From positions 1 through 24,211 of IMG/VR virus record IMGVR_UViG_3300037424_000051: a stretch of 24,211 nt of DNA, one strand, 5' to 3'. The notes below the pieces were generated by a model. The model saw only the letters and a list, made by a program, of their open reading frames with translations, made no database searches and was not told where the DNA came from. A program made the translations under genes and the position numbers. The stretch is from a virus. Its lineage: Duplodnaviria; Caudoviricetes. Positions 15,812-24,211 of this stretch are shown here, piece by piece (the stretch's first letter is position 1; each line of letters begins with the position of its first letter).

Positions 15812-18800
15812 ATGACGACGCCGATCTTTGCCAAGCGGCACGCGCACAACGTCGTGCTGTGCTACCACGGCTGCGTGATGCATCGCGCCGACGTGCTGAC
15901 GTTCCGCGAGCACATCGACGACTGGAAGGCGCAGATCGGCTCGCTTCAGCGGCAGGGCTACACCTTCGTCAAGCCGAGCCAGTACCTCGCCTGGTACGAG
16001 GGCACCTGGACGCCGTCCGGCCCGATCGCATGCTGCCACCTGGACGACGGGCTGGACAGCATCAAGCCGATTTGCGACTGGATGGTCGCCGAGGGCATCC
16101 CGTTCGGTCTGGGCATCATCGGCCGGCGCCAGAAAATGCACGAACCCGACTCGGGCTTCGCGTCTTGGGCGCTGCTGAATGGCTACGTCAACACCGGCTT
16201 GGCCGAGTTGATGAGCCACACCTACAACATGCACCACTTGGCACTGATCCAGCGCGGGCTGGCGGTCGACGTGGGCCCGGTGATGGAAGCGCCGTGCTGG
16301 CTGGACAATGGCGACGTGGTCTATCGCGCTGCCGCTGACAGCCGTTATTACTGGGACTTCTCGCACGTCGATGGCGCGACGTGGGGCTTCCCGCTGTTCG
16401 GCTCCGACCCCTACACCGGCTTCACCACCACCATCACGTCGACGCTGACACTGAGGGCGAAATGGACGGGCACCCTGCGCGTGCTGCGGCTGTGGATGGC
16501 CTTGGGCCGACCTTATGGCGGCGGCTACGACGCGCAAGTCGAGATCCGCATCAACGGGACGCTGCGCTGGTCTGGCACCATCCGCCCGAAGGATTACGGC
16601 ACGCGCCAGCAATGGGTCGAGCGCGAGTTCTATTCGATCATGCTCGACACTTGGCCGACGATCACCGACGGCAGCTCCTACACTATCGAGTTCAAGACGC
16701 TGAACCTTGGGCGGGCTGTCGGCCTGATCTACGTCATTCCGGACTTCACGGCCGACTTCAGCTGTGTCACGTCCTGCAAGGGGCTTGTGCTTGCCCCCGA
16801 AAACGTGACGCTGGAGCAGCGCGTCCATCTGGCCGACTTCCCCGAGGGCTACCCGTGGCCGGCGCGCCCCGCGATCATCATGACGGACGGCACCGGCGCG
16901 CGCGCGACCGATGCGGAATATCAGGCTTACATCGAGGCCGACCTGTTGGCCAACAATGCCGCCATCAACAGTTGGCTCAAGGCGACATGGACGGAGCAGG
17001 CGCAAACCTACGCCGGAAAGCCGGGGTCGTTGGGTGCGATCGTTCTTGGCGGGCAGTATTCGACCGGCGCGCTGGCCGACACAAAAATAGCCTTCGATTG
17101 CCCGGCCACCCACACGGCGCGCGTGCTGCGCTTCAAGAACGCCGGCACCGCAGGGCTTGAGCGGTATCCGCTGCTGATGGACATTTTCGTCGGCCCGACC
17201 TCGGCCGGCCCGTGGACGCTGCTGTCCCGTTACGCCTCGCGCTGGCGCAGTTACAAATGGGAAGAGGTCGACATTCCCGCGACCGTCTTCAACGGCGGGA
17301 CGCGCTACTGGCTGCGTTTCCAGACCGTGACGGCGAACCCGTGGGGCGGGCAATCGCTTCAGCGTGTCTACATGGACAGCAACTTCGTCGCCGACGGAAA
17401 CCCCAACTGCACCTATCGGCTGTCCCATGTCGTCGAATATGTCGCTTGCGTCGACTTCGCGCTCGACCGCCGCGTCAACCTGCCGCTGATTGGCGAAGCC
17501 TCGGATCTGTGGCCCACCTCAGTCGTCAGCGCGTCTGGTGAATACGTCTACCCGCCCGACCAACTGGACACCGTGCAAAGCGGCTGGAATTGGTATTACG
17601 GCACGCTGGCGATGGTGGGTAACGCCTACGTCGAGACCCTGAGCGTGGCGCAGGCTCCGGCCGCCGCGCCGGTCGACATGATCTATCCGTTCGGCGCGTT
17701 CTACGAGAACGGCACCGGCTCGGTGATCGCGCAGAACATCAAGGAGGTCTCGGCTCCCCTGGCGGCGGCGCTGGCGACCGCCGGCATGGACTCCGGGTTC
17801 ACCATCTACCCGGCCCGCTACGAGCCGCAAGGCGGGCTGTTCCGCGAGCCGTCGAACCGCTACACCCGCCACGCGCTCGGGCGCTACCTGGTGTACGGCA
17901 CGGCCTCGCCCCTGGCGACGCTCAACCACCTCGACGCCTTTGCCGGCACCTTGTTCCAGGACGCGCAGCACGCCGGGGTGCGCTGGCAGACCAGCATCGA
18001 GCCCGATCCGGCAGGCAACGCAACCATCAAGCATTCGGTGGCGGCGCTCGACTTCGTGGCCTTCGACGCGTGGTTTTTCGACGGCGCCGGCGGCATCGCC
18101 AAGGGCGCGCTCAACGACGGCGGCACCTACCTCGACTACACGCCGGGCACGGGCACCTTCGCCGTCGGCGAGACCATCACCGAGGCGACCAGCGGGGCGA
18201 CCGCCGTCATCGTCTGGGCGCAGGCCAACATCGGCAACCTGCGGGTGTCGGGCGTGACCGGCACCTGGACGGGCGGGCTGGCCTTCACCGGCGGCACCAG
18301 CGGGGCGACCGGCACGGGCGCTGCCGAAGGCCCGCAGGCCTTTGCCGACGACAAGACCTGGCTGCAGTCGCGCGGGGTGCGCTGCCTGCTGATCCTCAAC
18401 AACAACCTGGGGACCGGCGACCCGGACGACGTGATCGGCTCGCACGTCGTCAACAACCCGGCGACCTATGTGCCGGCCATCGTGGCGGCGTGTGTCGACA
18501 ATGGCTGGGACGGCATCACGAGCAACCTCGAAGCCATCCCGGCCGCCGATCGCGCTGCGGCGACGGCGTTCTATCGGCAGCTGGCCACGGCCTTGCACGC
18601 CGCCGGCAAGCTGTTGCACGCGACCGCGCCTGCCACCACCGGCACCGATTACGACGCGGACTGGTGGGTCGGCTGGTGCGACGTGAACGAGCTGGCCAAG
18701 GTGTGCGACGCCGTCAAGGTGCTCACCTACACCGAGAGCGGCGGCGGTACCGCGCCCGGCAGCGCCTCGCCGACCTGGCACTTCGCCGCGACCGTGTCCT

Positions 18801-19771
18801 GGCTGCAGTTCCATGTGTTCGAGGTTTTCTGGCCCCGCCTGCTGCTGGGGGCGCGCGCCTACGGGCACATCTGGAACAACCCCGCCGACTTCAACGACGT
18901 GTCCTACACCACCTACGCCGACGCCCTGGCAACCGGCCTCCTGGCCGCTGCCGAAATCTTGCCGTTGGACGGCGAAGCCACCTGGACGGACGGCACCCGC
19001 ACCTGCTGGTTCGGCACCCCGGAGACCGTCATGCGATCGGCCCGGACGGCGGCGCAAAACGGCTTCGGCGGCGTCGGCGTGTGGAAGGCGGACGACGGCG
19101 ATCTCTACGAACACTGGCCGGTATGGCCTCAACTTGGGATAGACGACATGGCCGTATTTTCTGAAGAGCGCTTCCCCGACGACTGGTCGTGGTTCGCCAC
19201 CGGCGGGCCGAAGTTCAAGACTCACATCACGGCGGGCGACTCAGACTACGAAGACCGCATCAGCGTCGGCGACCTCGGCCTGCGCCGCTACAGCCTGAGC
19301 CGCACCCTGCACAGCCAGACCGAGCTGGACTGGTTCATGGCCTTCTGGCAGCTGCGCCGCGGCAGTTTCGAGGGCTTCCGCCTGAAGGACTGGCGCGACT
19401 TCAGCGGCACCGGACAGAACCTCGGCACCGGCGACGGTACGCTCACCGGCTTCCAGTTGCGCAAGCTGTACGGCAACACCGATCCGCTGACCGGGGCGGC
19501 GTCGCAGTCGTGGCGCGCCATCAAGAAGCCGCTGCCGGGCAGCGTGAAGGTCTACCTCAACGGCGTGCTGCAGGCGAGCGGCTGGACGGTGAACACCGCC
19601 ACCGGGCTCGTGAGCTTCTCCGTGGCGCCCGCGGCCGGCGCGGTGGTGACGGCCGACTTCGAGTTCGATGTGCCGGTGCGCTTCGCCAACGACGAGCCGC
19701 CGCTGCAGTTCGATGCCAATTTCGGACTCAGCAGCCTGTCGAGCCTCAAGTTCGTCGAGGTGCGCGTGTGA
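15812..19771 (+). CDS. Multidomain distal tail protein: PgaB/IcaB-like polysaccharide deacetylase + GH18-like glycoside hydrolase + DUF2460 (Dit)
   Basis: CE4 motifs VLCYH, HLDDG, SHTYNMH, IYPFG; GH18-like GWDGITSNLE, VKVLTY, LLLGARAYG, GFGGVGVW; C-terminal DUF2460 FSEERFP..ATGGPKFKT, GFRLKDWRDF, LGTGDG..FQLRKLY, FEFDVPVRF. Confidence 0.85.
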   Translation: MTTPIFAKRHAHNVVLCYHGCVMHRADVLTFREHIDDWKAQIGSLQRQGYTFVKPSQYLAWYEGTWTPSGPIACCHLDDGLDSIKPICDWMVAEGIPFGLGIIGRRQKMHEPDSGFASWALLNGYVNTGLAELMSHTYNMHHLALIQRGLAVDVGPVMEAPCWLDNGDVVYRAAADSRYYWDFSHVDGATWGFPLFGSDPYTGFTTTITSTLTLRAKWTGTLRVLRLWMALGRPYGGGYDAQVEIRINGTLRWSGTIRPKDYGTRQQWVEREFYSIMLDTWPTITDGSSYTIEFKTLNLGRAVGLIYVIPDFTADFSCVTSCKGLVLAPENVTLEQRVHLADFPEGYPWPARPAIIMTDGTGARATDAEYQAYIEADLLANNAAINSWLKATWTEQAQTYAGKPGSLGAIVLGGQYSTGALADTKIAFDCPATHTARVLRFKNAGTAGLERYPLLMDIFVGPTSAGPWTLLSRYASRWRSYKWEEVDIPATVFNGGTRYWLRFQTVTANPWGGQSLQRVYMDSNFVADGNPNCTYRLSHVVEYVACVDFALDRRVNLPLIGEASDLWPTSVVSASGEYVYPPDQLDTVQSGWNWYYGTLAMVGNAYVETLSVAQAPAAAPVDMIYPFGAFYENGTGSVIAQNIKEVSAPLAAALATAGMDSGFTIYPARYEPQGGLFREPSNRYTRHALGRYLVYGTASPLATLNHLDAFAGTLFQDAQHAGVRWQTSIEPDPAGNATIKHSVAALDFVAFDAWFFDGAGGIAKGALNDGGTYLDYTPGTGTFAVGETITEATSGATAVIVWAQANIGNLRVSGVTGTWTGGLAFTGGTSGATGTGAAEGPQAFADDKTWLQSRGVRCLLILNNNLGTGDPDDVIGSHVVNNPATYVPAIVAACVDNGWDGITSNLEAIPAADRAAATAFYRQLATALHAAGKLLHATAPATTGTDYDADWWVGWCDVNELAKVCDAVKVLTYTESGGGTAPGSASPTWHFAATVSWLQFHVFEVFWPRLLLGARAYGHIWNNPADFNDVSYTTYADALATGLLAAAEILPLDGEATWTDGTRTCWFGTPETVMRSARTAAQNGFGGVGVWKADDGDLYEHWPVWPQLGIDDMAVFSEERFPDDWSWFATGGPKFKTHITAGDSDYEDRISVGDLGLRRYSLSRTLHSQTELDWFMAFWQLRRGSFEGFRLKDWRDFSGTGQNLGTGDGTLTGFQLRKLYGNTDPLTGAASQSWRAIKKPLPGSVKVYLNGVLQASGWTVNTATGLVSFSVAPAAGAVVTADFEFDVPVRFANDEPPLQFDANFGLSSLSSLKFVEVRV
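18188..18311 (+). repeat. 16-bp direct repeat encoding TSGAT within an inserted domain
   Basis: ACCAGCGGGGCGACCG at 18188-18203 and 18296-18311. Confidence 0.7.
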
Positions 19772-20610
19772 AGACCCTGTACCCGGCGATGGAAGCATTG
19801 CTGGCGACCGGCGCGGCGTCGCTGGCGATGCTGATGAAGATCACCCGGCGCGACGGCGTGGTGACCCGCCTGACCGATTACGACCGCCCGGTCACCTACG
19901 GCGGCTTCAGCTATTCGCCGGAGGCCGGTCTCAAGCGCTCGGCGCTGTCGGTGAGCGAGGGGCTGGCGGTCGACAGCATGACGGTGGCGGGCTACTTCTT
20001 CGGCGATCTCACCGAGGACGCCCTGCGCAAGGGCAAGTACGACGCCGCCGAGGTCGAGGTGATCTTCGTCGAGGCCTCCGACCCGGACACCTACGGCCCG
20101 ATCCCGATGTTCGACGGCTTCGTCGGCGACACCGGCTTTCACCGCAACATGTTTTCGCTGTCGGTCAACGGCTTCACCGAGCTGCTGCAGCAGAACTTCG
20201 GCGAGGTGACCTCCCCCGACTGCCGCGCCGACCTGGGCGACGCCCGCTGCAAGCTCAGCATGACCGCGTACACCCACACCGGCACCATCACCGGCATCAC
20301 CGACGAGTTCACCTACAGCGTTTCGATCAGCAAGCCGGCGAGCTATTTCAAGTACGGCTCCTGCGAGTTCACCTCAGGGCTGAACAGTGGCGCGCTGATT
20401 GAGGTGAAAGAATCGACCGACGGCACGATCACGCTGTTCATGCCGCCGCAGTACACGGTGGCGGTGGGCAATGCGATCACGCTCAAGGCTGGCTGCAACA
20501 AGAGCGAAGCGACGTGCTCGGGCACCTTCGGCAACATCATCAACTTCCAGGGGGAGCCGCACCTGCCAGGCATCACCCCCATGACCGAAGACGCAGCGAG
20601 GCTGATATGA
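19768..20610 (+). CDS. DUF2163 baseplate hub protein (RcGTA g13-like)
   Basis: GTGA overlap, GAGGTG RBS; ITRRDG...TDYDRP, GKYDAAEV, CRADLGDARC, GCNKSEATC..FGNIINFQGEPHLPG; four Cys as in the Fe-S binding hubs. Confidence 0.9.
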   Translation: MKTLYPAMEALLATGAASLAMLMKITRRDGVVTRLTDYDRPVTYGGFSYSPEAGLKRSALSVSEGLAVDSMTVAGYFFGDLTEDALRKGKYDAAEVEVIFVEASDPDTYGPIPMFDGFVGDTGFHRNMFSLSVNGFTELLQQNFGEVTSPDCRADLGDARCKLSMTAYTHTGTITGITDEFTYSVSISKPASYFKYGSCEFTSGLNSGALIEVKESTDGTITLFMPPQYTVAVGNAITLKAGCNKSEATCSGTFGNIINFQGEPHLPGITPMTEDAARLI

Positions 20611-21023
20611 CGACGCGCGCAGAATTCATCGCCCAGACCCTCACCTGGCTCAAGACCCCGTATCACCACCAGGCGCGGCTCAAGGGCGTCGGCGTCGACT
20701 GCATCGGCCTGCTGGTGGGCGTGGCCGACGAGCTGGGCATTGACACCCGCAACGTGCCTATCAACTACACCCGCGCGCCCGACCCGGCGCAGCTGTTCAC
20801 GTCGCTGCACGAGACCGGCCACGTCGCGCCTGCGACAGTTCCGGCGCCGGGAGACATCGTGCTGTTCCGCATCGGCCGGCAGCCGACGCACTTCGGCCTG
20901 CTGACGGACTACGGCTTCGTCCATGCCGACCATCACTTCGGCGTGGTGGAGGTGCCGTTCGACGACAAGTGGCGCAGGCGCGCCATGTCCTACTTCAAGA
21001 TCACCCACCTGGAGGATGCATGA
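20607..21023 (+). CDS. NlpC/P60 tail-associated peptidase (RcGTA g14-like)
   Basis: ATGA overlap; WLKTPYHHQARLKGVGVDCIGLL, PGDIVLF, HFGL, FVHA. Confidence 0.92.
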   Translation: MTTRAEFIAQTLTWLKTPYHHQARLKGVGVDCIGLLVGVADELGIDTRNVPINYTRAPDPAQLFTSLHETGHVAPATVPAPGDIVLFRIGRQPTHFGLLTDYGFVHADHHFGVVEVPFDDKWRRRAMSYFKITHLEDA

Positions 21024-23257
21024 GCTCCGGTGGCGTAACGATCACCTCGGAACAGGGGAAGGTCGATGACCTGCAGTCGATCATCGGCGGCAGCCAGTAC
21101 GGTGCCGACATCTCGCAGATTTTCGGCACCGGGCGCGTGGCCGGCAACCTGGTGTGGTGCGCTAAGCCCATCGAGCACCAGAGGACCGTCAGCTCGACGC
21201 AGGGCGGCAAGGGCGGCGGCGAAGTCACCACCACCACGACCTATTACTGGTACACCTGCTCCTTCGCCGTCCTGCTGTGCCGCGGCCAAGTCTACGGCGT
21301 CTCGAAAATCTGGGCTGCGGGCGCGCTCATCTACGACCTGTCGGACACCGCCGACGCCGGCTCGATCTCGGCCAGCAACGACTTGCTGACCAATCACCTG
21401 ACGATCTACACCGGCACCTCGACGCAGGGCCAGGACCCGACCATCGTGTCGGACAAGGGCGCGGCCAATACCCCCGCCTACCGCGACCGCGTGCTGCTGG
21501 TGTTCCGCGACGTCGACCTCAGCCCCTACGGCAACCGCGTGCCGACCATGCAGGCCGAGGTGGTCGAGTACGGCCAGCTGTTCGGCGGCAACCAGATCAC
21601 GCCGCTGAAGCGCGGCGCGGGCGCGGTCCTGTCGCAGCTGTGCCAGGGCGCGGGCATCCCGCCGGCGAAGCTCGACGTGTCGCAGCTGACCGACGAGCTG
21701 CATGGCATCACCACGGTGCGCGGCACCTACCGCGAGGTGGCGCAGCACATCCTCGACGCCTTCGCTATCCGTCCGGTGTTCTCGGGCAACCTGCTGAAAT
21801 TCCGCCCGACGAACCTGACGGCAGTGGACGCTGTGATCACCGCCGCCGACCTCGGCGCGGCGAACACCGGCACCCTCGGCACTCGGGTCGAGACCAAGCG
21901 CAAGCGCGACTTCGATCTGCCGCGCCGGGTGACCGTTGGCTATGCCGACATCACCCGGCAGGACGAGCGCAACTCGCAGACATTCCGCCGCATGGCCCCG
22001 GGCGGCTCCAAGAATGACGTCACGCTCGACCTGCCGATGCTGCTCGATTCGGCGACGGCGGCGAAGATCGCCGAGACCCGCTGCTTCCGCGACTGGGTGG
22101 AGCGCGACAGCTACACCATGCCGCTTGGCCCGAAGTACATGAAGCTGGACGCGGGTGACATCCTCACCGTGACCGACGGCGCGACCACCTACCGGATGCG
22201 CGCCAAGAAGATCGCGTTCGGCTACAACGGCCAGGTCAAGATCGACGGCGTGGCCTACAACCCGGCGGTGTCCAACAGCACGGCGGGTGGGGCGGCGGGC
22301 GATCCGATGAACCCGACCATCCCGGTGATCGGCACGACCGTGGCGCACCTGCTCGACCTGCCGGCCCTGCGCGACGACATCGCCGACGCCCGCATGTTCT
22401 TCGCGGCGGCCGGCGCATCGGCGGGCTGGAAGGCGGCGACGCTATACGTTTCGGTCGACGGCGGCGTCAGCTACTCATCGATGGCGCGCCTGGAAACGAA
22501 GTCGCTGATCGGCGCGACGGTGGCGGCTCTGCCCGATGCCCCGGCGACCGGAGCGGCGTACTGGGACGACACCAGCTATGTCGATGTGGACATGGTCACC
22601 GGGACGCTGGAAAGCGTGTCCGACGCGGTGGTGAAAAGCGGCGCCAACGGGGCGCTGATCGGCAACGAGATCATCCAGTTCGGCGTGGCCACGCTGATCG
22701 CCACCAAGCGCTACCGCCTGACGCGGCTATTGCGCGGCCGGCGCGGCACCGAGTGGGCAATGACCGGACACGCCGCCGGCGAGCGCTTCGTGCTGCTGTC
22801 GATCATGGGCACCGCATCGATGCAGGTCGTCACCCGCGGCGCGACGCGCAGCTACAAGGTAGTGCCGGACGGGCAGGCGCTGACCGATGTGAGCGCCCAG
22901 ACCTTCACATGGACCGCCGAAGGGCTCCGTCCGTTCTCGCCGGTGCAAGCAGCTGCAGCGCGCGACGGCAGCAGCAACATCGCGCTGACGTGGATTCGCC
23001 GCAGCCGCATCGGCCAGGAAATGCCGAGCGGCACCGACATCCCGCTGGGCGAGGATGCCGAGGCCTACGAGGTCGACGTGCTGAACGGATCGGGTGTCGT
23101 GCTGCGGACGATCACGCCGCTGGCCTCGGCCGCCGCCACCTACAGCGCCGCCGACCAGGTGACCGATTTCGGCAGCGTCCAGGCGAGCTGCAGGTTCCAG
23201 ATTTATCAACTGTCGCAAACCGTGGGGCGCGGTCGCGTCCTCGATGTGACCCTTTAA
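21020..23257 (+). CDS. Central tail tip protein (GTA megatron/phage tail_3-like, without TIM-barrel domain)
   Basis: ATGA overlap, GGAGG RBS; FGTGRVAGNLVW, PAYRD, YGNRVP, LPRRVTVGYAD, HLLDLP, EIIQF, LTRLLRGRRGTE, LTWIRRSR, PLGEDAEAYEVDV. Confidence 0.9.
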   Translation: MSSGGVTITSEQGKVDDLQSIIGGSQYGADISQIFGTGRVAGNLVWCAKPIEHQRTVSSTQGGKGGGEVTTTTTYYWYTCSFAVLLCRGQVYGVSKIWAAGALIYDLSDTADAGSISASNDLLTNHLTIYTGTSTQGQDPTIVSDKGAANTPAYRDRVLLVFRDVDLSPYGNRVPTMQAEVVEYGQLFGGNQITPLKRGAGAVLSQLCQGAGIPPAKLDVSQLTDELHGITTVRGTYREVAQHILDAFAIRPVFSGNLLKFRPTNLTAVDAVITAADLGAANTGTLGTRVETKRKRDFDLPRRVTVGYADITRQDERNSQTFRRMAPGGSKNDVTLDLPMLLDSATAAKIAETRCFRDWVERDSYTMPLGPKYMKLDAGDILTVTDGATTYRMRAKKIAFGYNGQVKIDGVAYNPAVSNSTAGGAAGDPMNPTIPVIGTTVAHLLDLPALRDDIADARMFFAAAGASAGWKAATLYVSVDGGVSYSSMARLETKSLIGATVAALPDAPATGAAYWDDTSYVDVDMVTGTLESVSDAVVKSGANGALIGNEIIQFGVATLIATKRYRLTRLLRGRRGTEWAMTGHAAGERFVLLSIMGTASMQVVTRGATRSYKVVPDGQALTDVSAQTFTWTAEGLRPFSPVQAAAARDGSSNIALTWIRRSRIGQEMPSGTDIPLGEDAEAYEVDVLNGSGVVLRTITPLASAAATYSAADQVTDFGSVQASCRFQIYQLSQTVGRGRVLDVTL

Positions 23258-23269
23258 CGGAGATCCCCC

Positions 23270-23914
23270 ATGCCTATCACCACATTCCTCGGCGTGCAGT
23301 TGATGGAAGCTGGTCAGGCCCAGCCCCATCTCACGCACAACGAAGCCATCGTCGACATCGACAAGGCCGTCGCCGGCCGTTTCGCCAAGGACATGACGGG
23401 GCTGACCGGCTACACCCTGACGGCCGCCGAATCGACCAACCATCAGATCAACCTGTACGGCTCACCGTCGGCCAGCATGACGATCACCCTGCCAGCCACG
23501 GCGAAGACCTGGGTGTTCGTCAACGACACCGGGCAGGAGGCCTACATCAAGACCTCGGCGGGCGGCGGGATTTATCTGCGTCCATGGTCGTTCGTCCACC
23601 TGTTCAGCGACGGCGGCAGCATCCACGGCGCGGCGGCTGCAATCGTCGAACACCTAACCGTAACCAACGGTAAGCACTTTCAGTTCGGCTACTCGACAGG
23701 TTCGAAATTGGGCAGCGACCCGAGCGAGAAACTCGCACTCTGGGGCGCGACGCCGATCGTTCAGCCAGCCAGCGCCAACCAGGCTGCAGTCACCCAGACG
23801 GCCGGCGCCGCCTACACCGCAACCGAACAGGCGATGCTCAACGCGGTGAAAACTCTGGTCAACCAGTTGCGGGCCGACTTGGTCGCTGCAGGCCTCATAA
23901 AGGGTTCGGCTTAA
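23270..23914 (+). CDS. Putative tail fibre/receptor-binding protein with DUF2793-like N-terminus
   Basis: GGAGA RBS; TTFLGVQLMEAGQAQPHLTHNEAIVDID matches the DUF2793 N-terminal pattern; C-terminal coiled-coil LVNQLRADLVAAGLI. Confidence 0.72.
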   Translation: MPITTFLGVQLMEAGQAQPHLTHNEAIVDIDKAVAGRFAKDMTGLTGYTLTAAESTNHQINLYGSPSASMTITLPATAKTWVFVNDTGQEAYIKTSAGGGIYLRPWSFVHLFSDGGSIHGAAAAIVEHLTVTNGKHFQFGYSTGSKLGSDPSEKLALWGATPIVQPASANQAAVTQTAGAAYTATEQAMLNAVKTLVNQLRADLVAAGLIKGSA

Positions 23915-24211
23915 GCCCATCAACCCAGTCCGCCCACGCCTGCATCATCTCTCGCCGTTCCGGCATGTATTCGGCGTGGTTGTAGGCTGCTTTCACCTTG
24001 TCGCGCTCGGCGTGGGCGAGCTGTCGCTCGATCACCTCTGAACGCCACCCCATCTCATGCAGCAGCGTCGATGCCGTTGACCTAAAGCCGTGCCCCGAGA
24101 ACTTTCCCAGATAGCCCATGCGCTCGAGCGCGCGGTTGATCGTCGTCGCCGTCATGCAGGTGTTCGGCGTCCGCAGGTTCGGGAACAGGTACGGCCGGCC
24201 GCCTGACAGCG
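23895..24211 (-). CDS. int: Tyrosine integrase (P4-like family), C-terminal part; 5' end outside window
   Basis: Frame open to the window edge (LSGGRPYLFPNLR...); HGFR (H-x-x-R), IERQLAH, AAYNHAEY (catalytic Tyr), RREMMQAWADWVD. Confidence 0.95.
   Translation of the reverse strand, partial: LSGGRPYLFPNLRTPNTCMTATTINRALERMGYLGKFSGHGFRSTASTLLHEMGWRSEVIERQLAHAERDKVKAAYNHAEYMPERREMMQAWADWVDGLKPNPL

Larger units (their letters stand above)
1..24211. mobile_element. Temperate siphophage/prophage morphogenesis region with integrase; extends beyond both window edges
   Basis: Co-oriented terminase, portal, protease, capsid, neck, tail tube, tape measure and tail tip genes with many ATGA/GTGA overlaps; no sheath gene; tyrosine integrase at the right end. 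No host genes or att sites visible, so integrated versus free state cannot be decided. Confidence 0.95.

Noticed and set aside
19148-23257. Interpretation of the region as a gene transfer agent
   Set aside because: Only the tail tip is GTA-like; the long tape measure, gpF, methyltransferase and integrase indicate a temperate phage.
1-24211. CRISPR array, diversity-generating retroelement, invertible tail-fibre cassette or att site
   Set aside because: No regular repeat-spacer units, reverse transcriptase, adenine-variant repeat pair, invertase or tRNA fragment was seen by eye; a self dot-plot would be needed to exclude subtle repeats.

Overview
The whole window is the late (morphogenesis) half of a GC-rich temperate siphophage or prophage, probably from a proteobacterium. 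Gene order on the + strand: ParB-domain DNA methyltransferase (5'-truncated), terS, terL, a putative lysis cassette (membrane protein, TIGR02594-type peptidase, DUF1353) placed unusually between terL and portal, a portal/gpF-like fusion ORF, protease-scaffold, major capsid, head-tail joining genes, tail tube, tail chaperone with a -1 frameshift extension, tape measure, a GTA-like tail tip (DUF2460, DUF2163 hub, NlpC/P60, megatron-like) and a DUF2793-like fibre. A convergent P4-type tyrosine integrase runs off the right edge. The two most striking observations: (1) the distal tail protein is fused behind about 1110 aa carrying a PgaB/IcaB-like polysaccharide deacetylase and a GH18-like hydrolase, suggesting a virion-mounted deacetylate-and-cut enzyme; (2) an A9 run at the portal/gpF junction, with stops close by in both shifted frames, suggests programmed slippage. 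There is also a structured element and a small antisense gene upstream of terS. All family assignments come from motifs recognised by eye; no searches were run.
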